A DNA stretch of 60,942 nt from Promethearchaeota archaeon (GCA_048938895.1 JBHLLU010000023.1:2147-63088); one strand, 5' to 3'; numbered from the stretch's first letter, positions 28,894-40,172 are shown. Program-made: numbers and translations. The notes: a model not told the origin generated them from the sequence alone.

Positions 28894-30885
28894 TTATAAA
28901 TTTAATTGCTTAAAAAAAGATGGGAGAGTATAATTTATTTTAACCTGATTTTGTTGGGTAACCTCAACAATAGCACGAATTAAATAATCATTTTTTAAGT
29001 CTTCATCAGGTTCATATATTTTTACTTTTGCTGTTGGCTTGATCTTAAGAGTATAATTCTCTGCGATCCCAATCACTTTTTCAGTTGTCTTTAAATTGAT
29101 ACCTAATAATCCTAATTCGTAATGGGAGACTATAAATAAGATTTGGTTTTCATTAGTAGTATCCTTTTCAAAATGGACAACTTCAAGATGATCTTCTTTT
29201 AATTCCTTAGGCAGATTAGAGAACGGGATTACTTTCTTCTTCCCTGTAATATAAGGGAAAGGAGTGTAAAATAAAAGATTAAAACTTGAGATCTTTTTGA
29301 TTTCCTCGTTGTACTTTTCTACATCTTTAATTGAATAAGCTTTATCTAACAATAAATCTAATTTATCTATCATATCTTCTGCAGAATAACCCGCTAATAC
29401 TGTTGCAATATATGCCCTCTTTAATTTTTCAATTAAAATCTCACTCTTCAACGTCAGTTTATAATCAATAGAGATTTCTAATGCCTGATTGTATAAATTT
29501 GCAGCAATTTGTGAGTGACCCAGTGCTAAGAAATAATCACCAAGTTCGCTAAATACAATAATAGCATCAAGAAAATTATCATCAAGATTTATAGTTGAAA
29601 CTTCTTCCATTATTAACATTGCCGTTTCCCTATCTTTACCTTGAATATAAAGAGCAATAGCTTTTCCTATAAGACATTTTAATTTTAGACGATCATCTTC
29701 ATATATTTCAGCTAATTCCTCAGTAAAATTATATTGCAGAATAGCATTTTCATATAAGCCATGGAAAATGTAAATCAAAGCCTTAATATAATTGAGTGTT
29801 AAACATGTTTTGTAATTGTGGATTATTGTTGAAAATAACGCGGCTCGATCGAGAGAGCTAATTGCTGTATTTATTCTCCCAAGCGATACCAGGATATACG
29901 CTCGTAAAAATTCCATTTTACTGATTTCTGAACATATTAATTGCTCAACAACCTCATAATCTTTTATTTTAGTTAATTGTCCCGAAGCAACTTGAAGCAG
30001 TGATATTAAAAATTCATTTCCCTTTTTCAGAAGTTTTACAGCTTCTTTAGATTCGCTTCTAACTATAGCATCTCTTGATCTGTTTACATATTCTCGAGAA
30101 ATTTTTAAATTTTCTAGGAATTTTGTAATACCTACTACTCTCTCCTCCTCACTTTTGGGGAGATTTTGATTAGAGATATATTTTTCAGCAATATTTATTT
30201 CCTCTAAATATCGTGAAGCACCTATTTCAAATTTCATACCTGCATCCGGATTCTCTAATTCAATGTCTTGAGATAGAATTGAATCCTCAGTAACAGTTAT
30301 TGCTTTTTCAATTAACCAGGTTATTTTTTGTTCAGCGGGATAACTTTTGGAACGTTCAATCATGTAAGACAATGTATAATTTAAACTTCTTTTCCAGATA
30401 TCTTTGAAATATTTTCTCAATTGAGAGTTAGAGGTTGTTCTTTGTGTTTTTAATAGAAAACTTGAGAGAGATAAGATATTTATTTTACCTTTATAAAGTA
30501 AGCTTGTATTTTTAACAAGTTTAAAATCATCTGTTACTAAATGAACAACATTGGAATCTTCTTTTTCTAACAAATTCTTTGCGAGAAAAATTAAGGAAAG
30601 GTCTGGATCCTGGGCAGGAAATCTAATATTGTACTGAATAAGATCTATTTTAATATCATTAATTTCTACTGGTAGTACTTCTTCCACATGTAAAATTTGC
30701 TTTAATTTATCTCTATAAGTATGTGGTGCTTTTACTTCTTCAAATACCACATCAGAAATATAATATTCATAACCCAGTTCTTTCGCTACTTTTTCTAAAT
30801 TTCCTAGTATATTACGCGCTCTAATTTGAAGCATACAAATAAAGAAATTAGCATCAAAAACTAAGTATTCTTTTTTTTCAGGCAT
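28894..30885 (-). CDS. PIN-domain plus TPR-repeat protein
   Basis: LVFDANF, VFEEV, DPDLSL, LVTDD (PIN acidic residues); TPR-like helices e.g. LGDYFLALGHSQIAANLYNQALEI. Confidence 0.7.
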   Translation of the reverse strand: MPEKKEYLVFDANFFICMLQIRARNILGNLEKVAKELGYEYYISDVVFEEVKAPHTYRDKLKQILHVEEVLPVEINDIKIDLIQYNIRFPAQDPDLSLIFLAKNLLEKEDSNVVHLVTDDFKLVKNTSLLYKGKINILSLSSFLLKTQRTTSNSQLRKYFKDIWKRSLNYTLSYMIERSKSYPAEQKITWLIEKAITVTEDSILSQDIELENPDAGMKFEIGASRYLEEINIAEKYISNQNLPKSEEERVVGITKFLENLKISREYVNRSRDAIVRSESKEAVKLLKKGNEFLISLLQVASGQLTKIKDYEVVEQLICSEISKMEFLRAYILVSLGRINTAISSLDRAALFSTIIHNYKTCLTLNYIKALIYIFHGLYENAILQYNFTEELAEIYEDDRLKLKCLIGKAIALYIQGKDRETAMLIMEEVSTINLDDNFLDAIIVFSELGDYFLALGHSQIAANLYNQALEISIDYKLTLKSEILIEKLKRAYIATVLAGYSAEDMIDKLDLLLDKAYSIKDVEKYNEEIKKISSFNLLFYTPFPYITGKKKVIPFSNLPKELKEDHLEVVHFEKDTTNENQILFIVSHYELGLLGINLKTTEKVIGIAENYTLKIKPTAKVKIYEPDEDLKNDYLIRAIVEVTQQNQVKINYTLPSFFKQLNL

Positions 30886-30986
30886 TGATGTTTGAATGTT
30901 TCTTAAAAATCTTAATTAAATATATATTAAATATTAAAATATTATAATCTTTTTTTACTTGAATATTAAAACTAGATTAGATTCCA

Positions 30987-31511
30987 TTGAATTGTGATTA
31001 TGTCATGAGAATAATTGATGTAATAGGCTTTTCTGGCTCAGGAAAGACTCAATTTATCATGAGTGCGATTAAAAATATTAAAAGGAAGTTGAGATGTAAT
31101 ATTACAGTACTTAAAAATGTTAAACATCATGATATTGATGAAAAAGGAAAGGATTCCTATAATTTTACAATATCTGGTGCTAATTATTCGATCATTCAAA
31201 ATCTAAATAATGATATGGCCATATTTTTAAAAGCAGAAAAGATTGAACTTAATAAATTAATCAAATGGCTTAGTCAAGGGCCCTATAAAATTGATATCGT
31301 GATTACTGAAGGTTTTAGAAATTTACATAATCCTACAGTCCTTTGTGTAAGTGATATTGATGAAATCAAAGCACAAATGACAGAAAATGTAAAAATGATT
31401 TCTGGAATCATTAGCACTAAAAATATTGTAGAAGAAATTCCTTATAATGTGCCTATTATTAATATAGAGGAAAATTTTGAGAAATTTTTAGAGATTTTTA
31501 ATATCCCATAA
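30987..31511 (+). CDS. mobB: Molybdopterin-guanine dinucleotide biosynthesis protein B
   Basis: GFSGSGKT, DEKGKDS, DIVITEGF. Confidence 0.85.
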   Translation: MNCDYVMRIIDVIGFSGSGKTQFIMSAIKNIKRKLRCNITVLKNVKHHDIDEKGKDSYNFTISGANYSIIQNLNNDMAIFLKAEKIELNKLIKWLSQGPYKIDIVITEGFRNLHNPTVLCVSDIDEIKAQMTENVKMISGIISTKNIVEEIPYNVPIINIEENFEKFLEIFNIP

Positions 31512-31513
31512 GA

Positions 31514-33436
31514 TTATTCGAATTTTTTCCAAAAAGGGGCAATCTTTTGACAAACAAATTTAAAATCTTTTACAATTTGCTCATCATTATGATTTAAAAT
31601 AAAGAATTCACTTAGTTTCTCATATACTTCGATTTCATTGTAAGTTTTATATTCATTTTTAATATCTAAGAAGAATCTGTTTAAGGGGATAATGATCTCG
31701 TTAACTAACCATTCTTCGAAAAAGGGTTGATCTGAGAAGGATTGAATGTTATATGTTATCATAATTTGAATTAATTCCTCATCGGTGTAAAAATTTTCCT
31801 CTGAGATTGTTACGTTGTATTTCCCCATTTCTTTCTGGAGTTTTTCTTTGTTTAAACTAATAATATAATCAGGCCAAACATCGTCAGAATAGTTAATATC
31901 TTGAAAAACAAATAATTCTAATACTCTCAAAGCGATATTTTTGCCAATATAACGACTCCTTGGGTCAATAAAATTAGGTGAAGCTTCATCTGGATTTGAT
32001 CTTAGAAAAATTTTATCTATTAAGACATATAGAATCCTACATATATGATCAACTAATTTATCAAATGAGAAAGGTATATTTTCGGGATTTTCAGAAAGAA
32101 TATTATTTTCTTTGTTTAATTTGATGGAAAAATCGGTATTAAAACTCTTTAAAAATGTTTTAAAAAAACCGTAATTCAACTCTGATATATTTTTTTTAAA
32201 CAATCTATAAAAAAAAAGATCTATATTTTCTATGTTCGATAATGTAGAGAAGTAATTAAGAAATTCTTTAATATTGTTAATTGAATTAGCAGTGATTGCG
32301 TCCTCTACTTTTTTATTATAGTTATTTAGATAAGATTTAAATTTTTCTGGTAAGAATAGTAAATCTCCAACTTCTAAGGCTTCTAAACCACTCCCAAAAT
32401 AATATTTCATATAGAGAAAGAATAAATTAAGTTGAGATTTTGGAGATGGGAGGTTATTTGCTTGAAAAGTTGAATAAAGTGTTGATTTCTTATCGAGATA
32501 ATCAAAAAATTTGAGCAGTGAATTCTTCTTATTTTCGTTATATTCATCTAAATTGGCTAGAAATCCTTTTTTAATTATATCTTTTTTGGAAAAGACGGAA
32601 TCTTCTACTCTAGAACCAACAAAATTGAAGAAATCTAAGAGAGGAGAAAAACTCTGCAATAAAATGCATTTCTTGTAGAAATAATAAAGTAAATCAACAA
32701 GTTTCTCCTTGGCATTTGGATATTCATCTAAAGCTATATTATATAATTCTTCCCTTCCTTCTAATAGGGGTTGGTAGTAAATTTCTGGAATGCCATTGAA
32801 ACGTCTTAGGAAATAATATAAGACCATATCGTAATATGATTGAAAGATTTTATCTTTACTATCTTTTATAATAATCATGAAATCAATAGTTTCGCCAGAT
32901 TCTCCTTTCTTTACCTTAACGCTATCTAGTAAAATTAGGATTTTTTCTTGAATTGTTCTTCTAACCACAATTCCTAAGATTCTAATAATGAAATATAAAT
33001 AACCAGTTGGAAACGTAAATCCATTAAAAAAACCACCATCAAAATCTTCAGAAGTTTTGACGAAAAAGTCTGATTCTTCTATAGATAGTAAATAATTGTA
33101 TTCTAATGATAGTATTTTCTCAGAAATCTTCTCTTTGATAACTAATTTTAAAGAATTTTTACTAAATCCAAAGAAATACTGTAGAAAATAGCTAAAGAAA
33201 TTGTGAAAATTTTCATAAAAGAAAGTTGTAAAAGTCTTTTTAATAATTCTTGTTTGATTTTTCTCATTAAACTCATTCCATTTTAATCTGATTTCGTCTT
33301 GAAAATTATTAAAATCTTTTTTTTTCCTTTCTAAAATTTCAAAAAACAAATTAGTTTCGAAATCTAGCCTAAAATCCTTCCCCTTAATTCTATCTTTCAA
33401 AAACACTAAAATATTACTTAGATCTTTATTTACCAA
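31514..33436 (-). CDS. Hypothetical helical protein (640 aa)
   Basis: Long ORF; no family recognised. Confidence 0.6.
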   Translation of the reverse strand: MVNKDLSNILVFLKDRIKGKDFRLDFETNLFFEILERKKKDFNNFQDEIRLKWNEFNEKNQTRIIKKTFTTFFYENFHNFFSYFLQYFFGFSKNSLKLVIKEKISEKILSLEYNYLLSIEESDFFVKTSEDFDGGFFNGFTFPTGYLYFIIRILGIVVRRTIQEKILILLDSVKVKKGESGETIDFMIIIKDSKDKIFQSYYDMVLYYFLRRFNGIPEIYYQPLLEGREELYNIALDEYPNAKEKLVDLLYYFYKKCILLQSFSPLLDFFNFVGSRVEDSVFSKKDIIKKGFLANLDEYNENKKNSLLKFFDYLDKKSTLYSTFQANNLPSPKSQLNLFFLYMKYYFGSGLEALEVGDLLFLPEKFKSYLNNYNKKVEDAITANSINNIKEFLNYFSTLSNIENIDLFFYRLFKKNISELNYGFFKTFLKSFNTDFSIKLNKENNILSENPENIPFSFDKLVDHICRILYVLIDKIFLRSNPDEASPNFIDPRSRYIGKNIALRVLELFVFQDINYSDDVWPDYIISLNKEKLQKEMGKYNVTISEENFYTDEELIQIMITYNIQSFSDQPFFEEWLVNEIIIPLNRFFLDIKNEYKTYNEIEVYEKLSEFFILNHNDEQIVKDFKFVCQKIAPFWKKFE

Positions 33437-33596
33437 ATTAAATCAATTATGCCAATTATGTATCCAATCTTAATTTATATTCGAGGCTATGCAACCCTAA
33501 AAAGTCAAAGCTAATTATAATTAAAATAAAAATAAAGAAATAAAAATATTCGTTCATCAATAAAATTGTGATAAGATAAGCATATTTTACTATAAT

Positions 33597-34625
33597 TTAA
33601 AAAATTTTGGTTATCTCATCAGTTTCAGAGTAAAATAATGGATTTAGTTTTCCATCAGTCTCTTTAATTCTTAATCCCTCCTTTCTTTTGACGAAAAAAC
33701 CAATCTTTTCTGCATTAATATTATTTTTTCTTAATAAATCGATTAAATCATCGCTAAAATTGTCATTTATTGCAATTAATAATGAACCAGAGGAAATTGT
33801 ACCTAATGGATCTAGACCATAAATTTTACTCAATTCTAATGGTTCATTGAGAATTTTAATCTTGGATCTATCCACAATTAATCCTGTATTTGACGCTATA
33901 GACATTTCAGCAAGACCTGTAGCAAGTCCACCTTCAGTAGGATCATGAAATGACTTAATATTAAACTCTTTATTAGCTAGCGTGGCTTCTCTAAATACAC
34001 CTATTCCTGGATCGTAAAGGTAGTTCTTACATATCTCAATAAATTCTTTTGTAAATCCTTTCTCCATCAGTTCTTTTTCTTTTTCGCGCCCAATTATTGA
34101 AGTTCCTTCAATAAAAATACCTTTAGTAAGGATTAATGCATCTCCGGGTTCTGCACCTGAAGTTAAGACAAGTTTTTCTTTTGGTACTTCTCCCAATAAA
34201 GATCCTATTACAAGAGGGTTATCAATTTTTGGTGTTATCTCTGTGTGCCCTCCTATTACCGTAATTCCCATAGATTTACATGTGTCATGAATATCTTTAA
34301 ATATTTTCTCAATTAAACTCTCTGTGGTAGTTTTTTGAGATAATAGAATTGTTGCTTGAAACCATTTAGGTATTGCCCCAGCACAAACCACATCATTTAC
34401 GTTAACATGTACAACATAGTATCCAATTTGATCAGTGGCAAATGTAATGGGATCGGTTTTTGCAACTAAATAATTCTTTCCGGGAATATCTATAATAGCA
34501 GCATCTTCTCCAATTTTGGATCCTAAAATTACTCTCTTATCGTTGATTTCTAAATTTGAAAGCAAATTGGCTAAAAAATCATGTTTTAGCTTCCCAAGAG
34601 TAAATTTTTTGTCATTTCTTTTCAT
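33597..34625 (-). CDS. AIR-synthase-related (HypE/PurM-like) protein
   Basis: GEDAA, TDPITFA, NDV, GGHTE, HDPTEGG. Confidence 0.85.
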   Translation of the reverse strand: MKRNDKKFTLGKLKHDFLANLLSNLEINDKRVILGSKIGEDAAIIDIPGKNYLVAKTDPITFATDQIGYYVVHVNVNDVVCAGAIPKWFQATILLSQKTTTESLIEKIFKDIHDTCKSMGITVIGGHTEITPKIDNPLVIGSLLGEVPKEKLVLTSGAEPGDALILTKGIFIEGTSIIGREKEKELMEKGFTKEFIEICKNYLYDPGIGVFREATLANKEFNIKSFHDPTEGGLATGLAEMSIASNTGLIVDRSKIKILNEPLELSKIYGLDPLGTISSGSLLIAINDNFSDDLIDLLRKNNINAEKIGFFVKRKEGLRIKETDGKLNPLFYSETDEITKIF

Positions 34626-34977
34626 GTATAAATCAATAAGAGAAGATAAATATTTAAATTTTGGAGATGTATTTTGAAACTATCTATAAGTCTAAGGTAC
34701 TTAAGGAATACAAGATTTGATAATTGAATGAATAAAAACAAAATTAAGTTCATTTACTTTAAAGTTTTTTACCCAAATAGATATTTACACATAAAGAGAA
34801 AAAGATATAGCTAAATATTTGAATAAGAAAAATTTTATTTGGATAATTTTGAATAATTTTAATTTAAGATTTATTCTACACTAAAATTTAAAAGTAAATT
34901 CCATCTTTATCATATTAAATCACATTTTATTCAATAATAATTAATAGAAAAAGTTAAGAAACAAGAGTCTGGAAATA

Positions 34978-35538
34978 ATGGGATTTGGTAAAACGTTTGC
35001 ATTAAGTTTAGTTGCTTTTATTGGCTTAAATTTTATTTTTTCAATTCTCTATTTAGCATTAGGACCTGGATTTGATGAATTACTTAACAGATTCGACCCT
35101 GACTCTGGTGATTACGCACCATTAATGATTATTTATTATCTTTTTGGCTCCATTGTCAGTGCTCCATATATTAATTTAAATTGGGCTATTACTCAACCTC
35201 TTTTCAATGATATGGCTGATTTTTTAATATTGGGTCTTGGATTTATAGCAGCACCGTTAATAGCGGGAATCCTTGCAGGAAAATTTGCTGAAAGTAAACT
35301 TCAAGGTTTCGCTGGATGGTTGTTAACTTCAGTTGTCAGCACAGTCGCCGTGATTATAGGTATTTTTTTAAGTCCCACCTTTGAAACAGAATTAGCTACA
35401 ACATATGGACCATATCTGTCAATAATTCCCCCCATCGACTTCGAAGTACTCATGATTTCAATTATTATAAGTTGTGTTATTAATGTAGTTTTCTATGGCT
35501 TTTTTGCCTTATTAGTAGCGAAAACTGAGTACTATTGA
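34978..35538 (+). CDS. Multi-pass membrane protein of unknown function
   Basis: 4-5 hydrophobic helices. Confidence 0.65.
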   Translation: MGFGKTFALSLVAFIGLNFIFSILYLALGPGFDELLNRFDPDSGDYAPLMIIYYLFGSIVSAPYINLNWAITQPLFNDMADFLILGLGFIAAPLIAGILAGKFAESKLQGFAGWLLTSVVSTVAVIIGIFLSPTFETELATTYGPYLSIIPPIDFEVLMISIIISCVINVVFYGFFALLVAKTEYY

Positions 35539-35725
35539 ATTAAAATAAAATTATCTTTACTTTTCTCTTTTTCTTGTATATGCAATTAATATTTAGATAT
35601 TAATTGTAGAACCTAAAATGAACAAAATTGCTTCTTTAATAACATTTTAATTGAATTTACAATTAGTCTAATCATTGAAAATTTCGTAAGAGAAAAAACT
35701 ATATACTGAATTAGGAGAAAATGAA

Positions 35726-37180
35726 ATGGCAAGACCAAGTCCTCTAGAAGTTTATGCATTATTAGATAAAAGCAACTGTAAAGATTGTGGATATGATACA
35801 TGTATGGCGTTTGCAACAGATATTCTGGAAAGAAAAGTCAAGGTTCAAGATTGCTCACATATAATGAAAGACCCTAAACAAGCAAAGAATCGAAGTAAAC
35901 TAATAGAATTAATAACACCTCCTCAAAAACCCGTAACTATAGGTGTTGGGGACAGAATTGCTACGATCGGAGGTGAAGAAGTTCTTATGAGACATCAATT
36001 AACTTTTTATAATCAGACAGCAATTTTTATAGAAATAGCTGATGATGATGGTGATATAGAGGAAACAATTAAATATCTTGTAGATCTAAAAATAGAACGG
36101 ATCGGCGATGTTTTGACTTTAGATGGGGTAGCTTTGAGAAATGTGTCTGATGATAAAGAACAATTCAAACTAGCTGCGAGTAAAATAGCGGATCTCTCAA
36201 ACCTTCCAATAATATTATGTACTTTTAACGTAGAAACACTATTATATGCGGCAGAAGCAATAAAGCATAAAAAGCCATTGTTATATGCTGCCACAAAAGA
36301 ATCCTGGGAAGAAATTGGAAAATTTGCAGTAAAAAACAATTTACCAGTAGCTATCTATTCAAATGATTTAGATGAATTAATGTCGTTAAGTGCTACATTA
36401 CAGAAATTAGGAGTAAATGAAATAGTTCTTGATGCAGGTACGTTTTTTGGTCCTGGAAATCTCTCCGCGACCTATGATAAAATTATGCAATTAAGAACTG
36501 CTGCCATTGATAAAGGAGATGTCAATTCAGCATGGCCCGTCATGGGTGTTCCATCTGTTTATTGGAATCAGGTAAAAATTGGAAATGATAAAAAACTTTG
36601 GGAACACCAGTTTCAAGAAATAATTATGGGTGCAATTATGGAATCTATAGATACTAATTTAATAGTGTTGCATACTGGTCAAAAAAAGGAAGAAATATGG
36701 GCACTTTTAGCTCTTATGACATTACGGCAGAGCATATTTTCTGATCCTAGAATATATCCTGCAGTTGATGCAGGTATTTATAAAATTGGAGAACCAGATG
36801 ATATGGCACCAATCTTTGTTACAAGTAATTATCGAATGACTAAAATTCCTGTTGAACAAGATTTACAAGGTGCTAACTTGAATTGCTGGCTATTAGTGGT
36901 TGATACAGAGGGGATAGGAATAGAAAGTGCAGTTGCTGGTGGTCAGTTTAGTGCTGGAGGAATAGCTGAAGCAGTTAAGGAATTTAAAGTTTTTGATCAA
37001 GTTAAACATCGAGTTCTTGTACTCCCTGGAATGGCTGCTAGATTAAGTGGGGCACTAGAAGATGAAGCTGATGCTTTTGTCGTTGTTGGTCCTCGTGATA
37101 GTTCAGGTATTCCTAAATTTATGGATACACAATGGAAACCCGAAGAATTCATGAAAGAATATGAATCCTGGGAGAAATAA
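35726..37180 (+). CDS. cdhE: Corrinoid Fe-S protein large subunit (ACDS gamma)
   Basis: NCKDCGYDTCMAFA...C, IGGEEVLMRH, IFSDPR, VVGPRDSSGIP. Confidence 0.9.
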   Translation: MARPSPLEVYALLDKSNCKDCGYDTCMAFATDILERKVKVQDCSHIMKDPKQAKNRSKLIELITPPQKPVTIGVGDRIATIGGEEVLMRHQLTFYNQTAIFIEIADDDGDIEETIKYLVDLKIERIGDVLTLDGVALRNVSDDKEQFKLAASKIADLSNLPIILCTFNVETLLYAAEAIKHKKPLLYAATKESWEEIGKFAVKNNLPVAIYSNDLDELMSLSATLQKLGVNEIVLDAGTFFGPGNLSATYDKIMQLRTAAIDKGDVNSAWPVMGVPSVYWNQVKIGNDKKLWEHQFQEIIMGAIMESIDTNLIVLHTGQKKEEIWALLALMTLRQSIFSDPRIYPAVDAGIYKIGEPDDMAPIFVTSNYRMTKIPVEQDLQGANLNCWLLVVDTEGIGIESAVAGGQFSAGGIAEAVKEFKVFDQVKHRVLVLPGMAARLSGALEDEADAFVVVGPRDSSGIPKFMDTQWKPEEFMKEYESWEK

Positions 37181-37217
37181 GATTTTTCTTATTTTTTTAT
37201 CTTTTTTTATTTTAGGT

Positions 37218-37901
37218 TTAGTTTTCTGGATGGAACTTATATAAAGCTGAATATATGATTTCAATAGAAATATCTTTAGCTTTCCTTACAATTAGTGTTT
37301 TTTTTTGATGTGCTCTAGCTTCTTCCAGTTGGTGTTTTGTATGAAATCCAGTAAGTACTCCGATAAAAGAACAATCTAGTTCTTTTGCAAGCATAGCATC
37401 TTTAGGATGATCACCTATGATTATAAATTTATAATTAGGGTATGTTTCAAATAAGTATTGTATTAAGCTTGGGTCCAACTTACTCCTTACATATTTGGAT
37501 TCCCCTAAAATGAAATCAAAAAATTTATCAATTTCCAAATATTCGACGATTTTAATAGCAATATTTTGCTTTTTCGAAGTGATCACTCCTAAGGTAAAAT
37601 CTTGAGCTTTCAATTTTTTTAGTGTATTTTTTACTCCTGATAATAACCTTGATTGATAGATTCCTTTATTAGCATAGTACTCTCGAAATGCATGTGCTAG
37701 TTCTGATGGATTTATATCAGTAAATCTGGTGAACATTTCATTTAAAGGAAGCCCGATCATTCTTTGGATTCTAGTTTTATTAACTTCAGGGAGACCAAAT
37801 TTTCTCAAAGCATAATTGAATGAATTAACAATTCCTTTTCTGTTATTTATCAGGGTATAATCTAAATCAAAACTGATAAGCACATTTTCATTTTTAATCA
37901 T
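37218..37901 (-). CDS. HAD phosphatase (phosphoglycolate phosphatase-like)
   Basis: FDLDYTL, TSK, IGDHPKD. Confidence 0.8.
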   Translation of the reverse strand: MIKNENVLISFDLDYTLINNRKGIVNSFNYALRKFGLPEVNKTRIQRMIGLPLNEMFTRFTDINPSELAHAFREYYANKGIYQSRLLSGVKNTLKKLKAQDFTLGVITSKKQNIAIKIVEYLEIDKFFDFILGESKYVRSKLDPSLIQYLFETYPNYKFIIIGDHPKDAMLAKELDCSFIGVLTGFHTKHQLEEARAHQKKTLIVRKAKDISIEIIYSALYKFHPEN

Positions 37902-38046
37902 AAAAGGTTCTGAAATTACTTATGTTAATTGGTATAATAAAATGATAAATAAAAAAAAAATTATTTTTAGATTATATAAATTGTGAGGAGAGGGGCCCCA
38001 AATATCGCCATGCATTAAATTTCTTCCCAATGATTTAATGGGATAA

Positions 38047-39699
38047 TTAAGTAATCTTAAATCCCTTGAATAATTTTAAGAGAAACATGATTTCTTCAGA
38101 ACTTTCAATTATTCTTCTCAAAGGAAATGGAAAATCATTTATTTCTACTTGTATACCTTTTGATACTTCTTCAATCATAATTTTTATGATTTTTTTATAT
38201 TTTTCAATGGTAGAACCCGTATATTCAATCTCAGATATTATTTTCCAGGCTTTATCTAATTTCCCATTTAAGATGCATGAAATTGAGGCTAATACATAAC
38301 TGAGAACAATATGAGAGTATCTAACCTCTTTCAAATTTGCAGCTCGATAGTAATAACGATAGACATTATTAACCATTTCATGTAATAAAAAATCTTTTGC
38401 GGTATCAAGCTGTTCATAAAACTTAATACTTTCTAAAATAAGGGTTGCTGCTGTATAAAATTGTTTATTTTTTAATCCTTCTTCGGCAATTTTATTCAAT
38501 CCTCGAATAATTTGATTAAAGATCCCGAATCTATTGAACTCTAAATGTCCTTCTATAGCTACATCATATGCATTTAAGTAGCTCTCTGTGGAGTCATTTA
38601 TGCTCCCAACCTTCCAGAAATTATCTCCAGCTTTTACAAAATGTTTATAAGCCATTTCTAAGTTATCTATTTCCTTAAAAACATTTGCGCTATCAAAAAA
38701 ATTCACCGCAGCTTGGTTATAATCTTTGCTTTTTTCTGAAAAATTACCAGCTAACAAAAAACAGGAAGCACATTCAATTAAATTGTTTTCTATTTCCTGA
38801 TAACATAATCCTGCTCCACGATAATATCGTGTAATTTTATGATAATTTTCTTCTGTTTTCTCAAGTTTTTCTGCCAAATCAATATATGCTCCTGCTTCTT
38901 TTTTAGAAAAATTGATATATTGATCTTCTTCAGAAATAATTTTATAAAGGTTTTTTAATATCTGATATATTTGAGCTAAGGCTAGGCTTTCATTGTTATC
39001 TTCCAAACAGGTTGCTAAATTTGAGAAAAATTCTATTCCTTCCAAAATTGATTCTTGAGATTGATTATAATCATCAATTTCCTCATAGCAAGTAGCAATT
39101 TGTTGATAAGAAAAAGATAGCATATCATAAAAATGATGATTCTTCGATATTTTGATTACCTTCTCATAATACTTTATTGCATTTTCAAAATCAGAAATTT
39201 TCCAATATAATTCTGCAATATTTTGATAATTCTGGGCAAGTTTACGAGTTTCATCAAACTTTTTTAAAAGAGTACTCTCTTGTTTCAAGAATTTAATACT
39301 ATTAAGAATATTTTTCTTTTCAGAAAGGGAGTCGTTAAATTTCTCCAAGAAGATTTCAGCAATCCTAAGATATAATTCAGCAACTTCATGTAACTTCGCT
39401 TGTAATTTATAATCAATAATTTGCTTTCTATAAAATTCTATAATTTGGTTATATAAATCACCTGTTTCTGAATAATCCAAATCTTCAATCATTACAACAA
39501 CAGAATAGAGAAATTCTCCCGCTTCAAAAAATTCTCCTGATTCAGCTATTTCATTTGAGAAATTAAGTGAGGTTAAGATAAGTCTTTTTATAGATTTATC
39601 ACGTTCGTTTGGATCATTGATACTTCTAATTTTCAACTCTGAGGCTCGTATTTTCTCTAAAAAATCAGAATAATCAATGAATTCTTCCTCATCAATAAT
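38047..39699 (-). CDS. TPR/alpha-SNAP-like helical repeat protein; probable ATT start near 39699
   Basis: Repeats such as AELYWKISDFENAIKYYEK and AYKHFVKAGDNF; GAGGAG SD precedes in-frame ATT ATT. Confidence 0.7.
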   Translation of the reverse strand: MIDEEEFIDYSDFLEKIRASELKIRSINDPNERDKSIKRLILTSLNFSNEIAESGEFFEAGEFLYSVVVMIEDLDYSETGDLYNQIIEFYRKQIIDYKLQAKLHEVAELYLRIAEIFLEKFNDSLSEKKNILNSIKFLKQESTLLKKFDETRKLAQNYQNIAELYWKISDFENAIKYYEKVIKISKNHHFYDMLSFSYQQIATCYEEIDDYNQSQESILEGIEFFSNLATCLEDNNESLALAQIYQILKNLYKIISEEDQYINFSKKEAGAYIDLAEKLEKTEENYHKITRYYRGAGLCYQEIENNLIECASCFLLAGNFSEKSKDYNQAAVNFFDSANVFKEIDNLEMAYKHFVKAGDNFWKVGSINDSTESYLNAYDVAIEGHLEFNRFGIFNQIIRGLNKIAEEGLKNKQFYTAATLILESIKFYEQLDTAKDFLLHEMVNNVYRYYYRAANLKEVRYSHIVLSYVLASISCILNGKLDKAWKIISEIEYTGSTIEKYKKIIKIMIEEVSKGIQVEINDFPFPLRRIIESSEEIMFLLKLFKGFKIT

Positions 39700-39904
39700 T
39701 GTATATTCTCCTCAGAAAGCAATAACAACTATGTAAAGAAATGGATTAATCCATAAAAAATTTAGTGATTTTTATCTTTACTGAAAATTCTTGTATAAAC
39801 GAGCATTATTAAATTTAAAGGGAACGTATTTTACTAAGGAGATAATATTAAATATGATCAAGATTATTATATAAATAATTACAAATTTTAGGTGTTTTTA
39901 AGAG

Positions 39905-40111
39905 ATGAAACAAATAAATGAATTGTTAGATACTGGTTTGTATGAAACCTTTAGCCCCGAAAGAACAATGACTGTAGCTGATTTGTTAGTTGAACTAAAT
40001 TTGGAAGGAAAATATTTTGGTATCCTTGTAAATAGTAAAAAAGCAACCCCTGATACAAAAATAGGACCATCTGACGAGGTTATTATACTTCCACACATCG
40101 CCGGTGGATAA
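39905..40111 (+). CDS. Ubiquitin-like sulfur carrier (SAMP/ThiS/MoaD)
   Basis: TVADLL, ILVN, DEVIILPHIAGG with C-terminal GG. Confidence 0.85.
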   Translation: MKQINELLDTGLYETFSPERTMTVADLLVELNLEGKYFGILVNSKKATPDTKIGPSDEVIILPHIAGG

Positions 40112-40172
40112 TAAAAAGGTAAAAATTCAATTTTTTTGATTTTCTCTTTTTTAATTTTATCTGTATATAATT

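Noticed and set aside
37981-38045. Short GC-rich intergenic patch with TGAGGA/ATGA words as a C/D sRNA
   Set aside because: The boxes are degenerate and I could not identify a target
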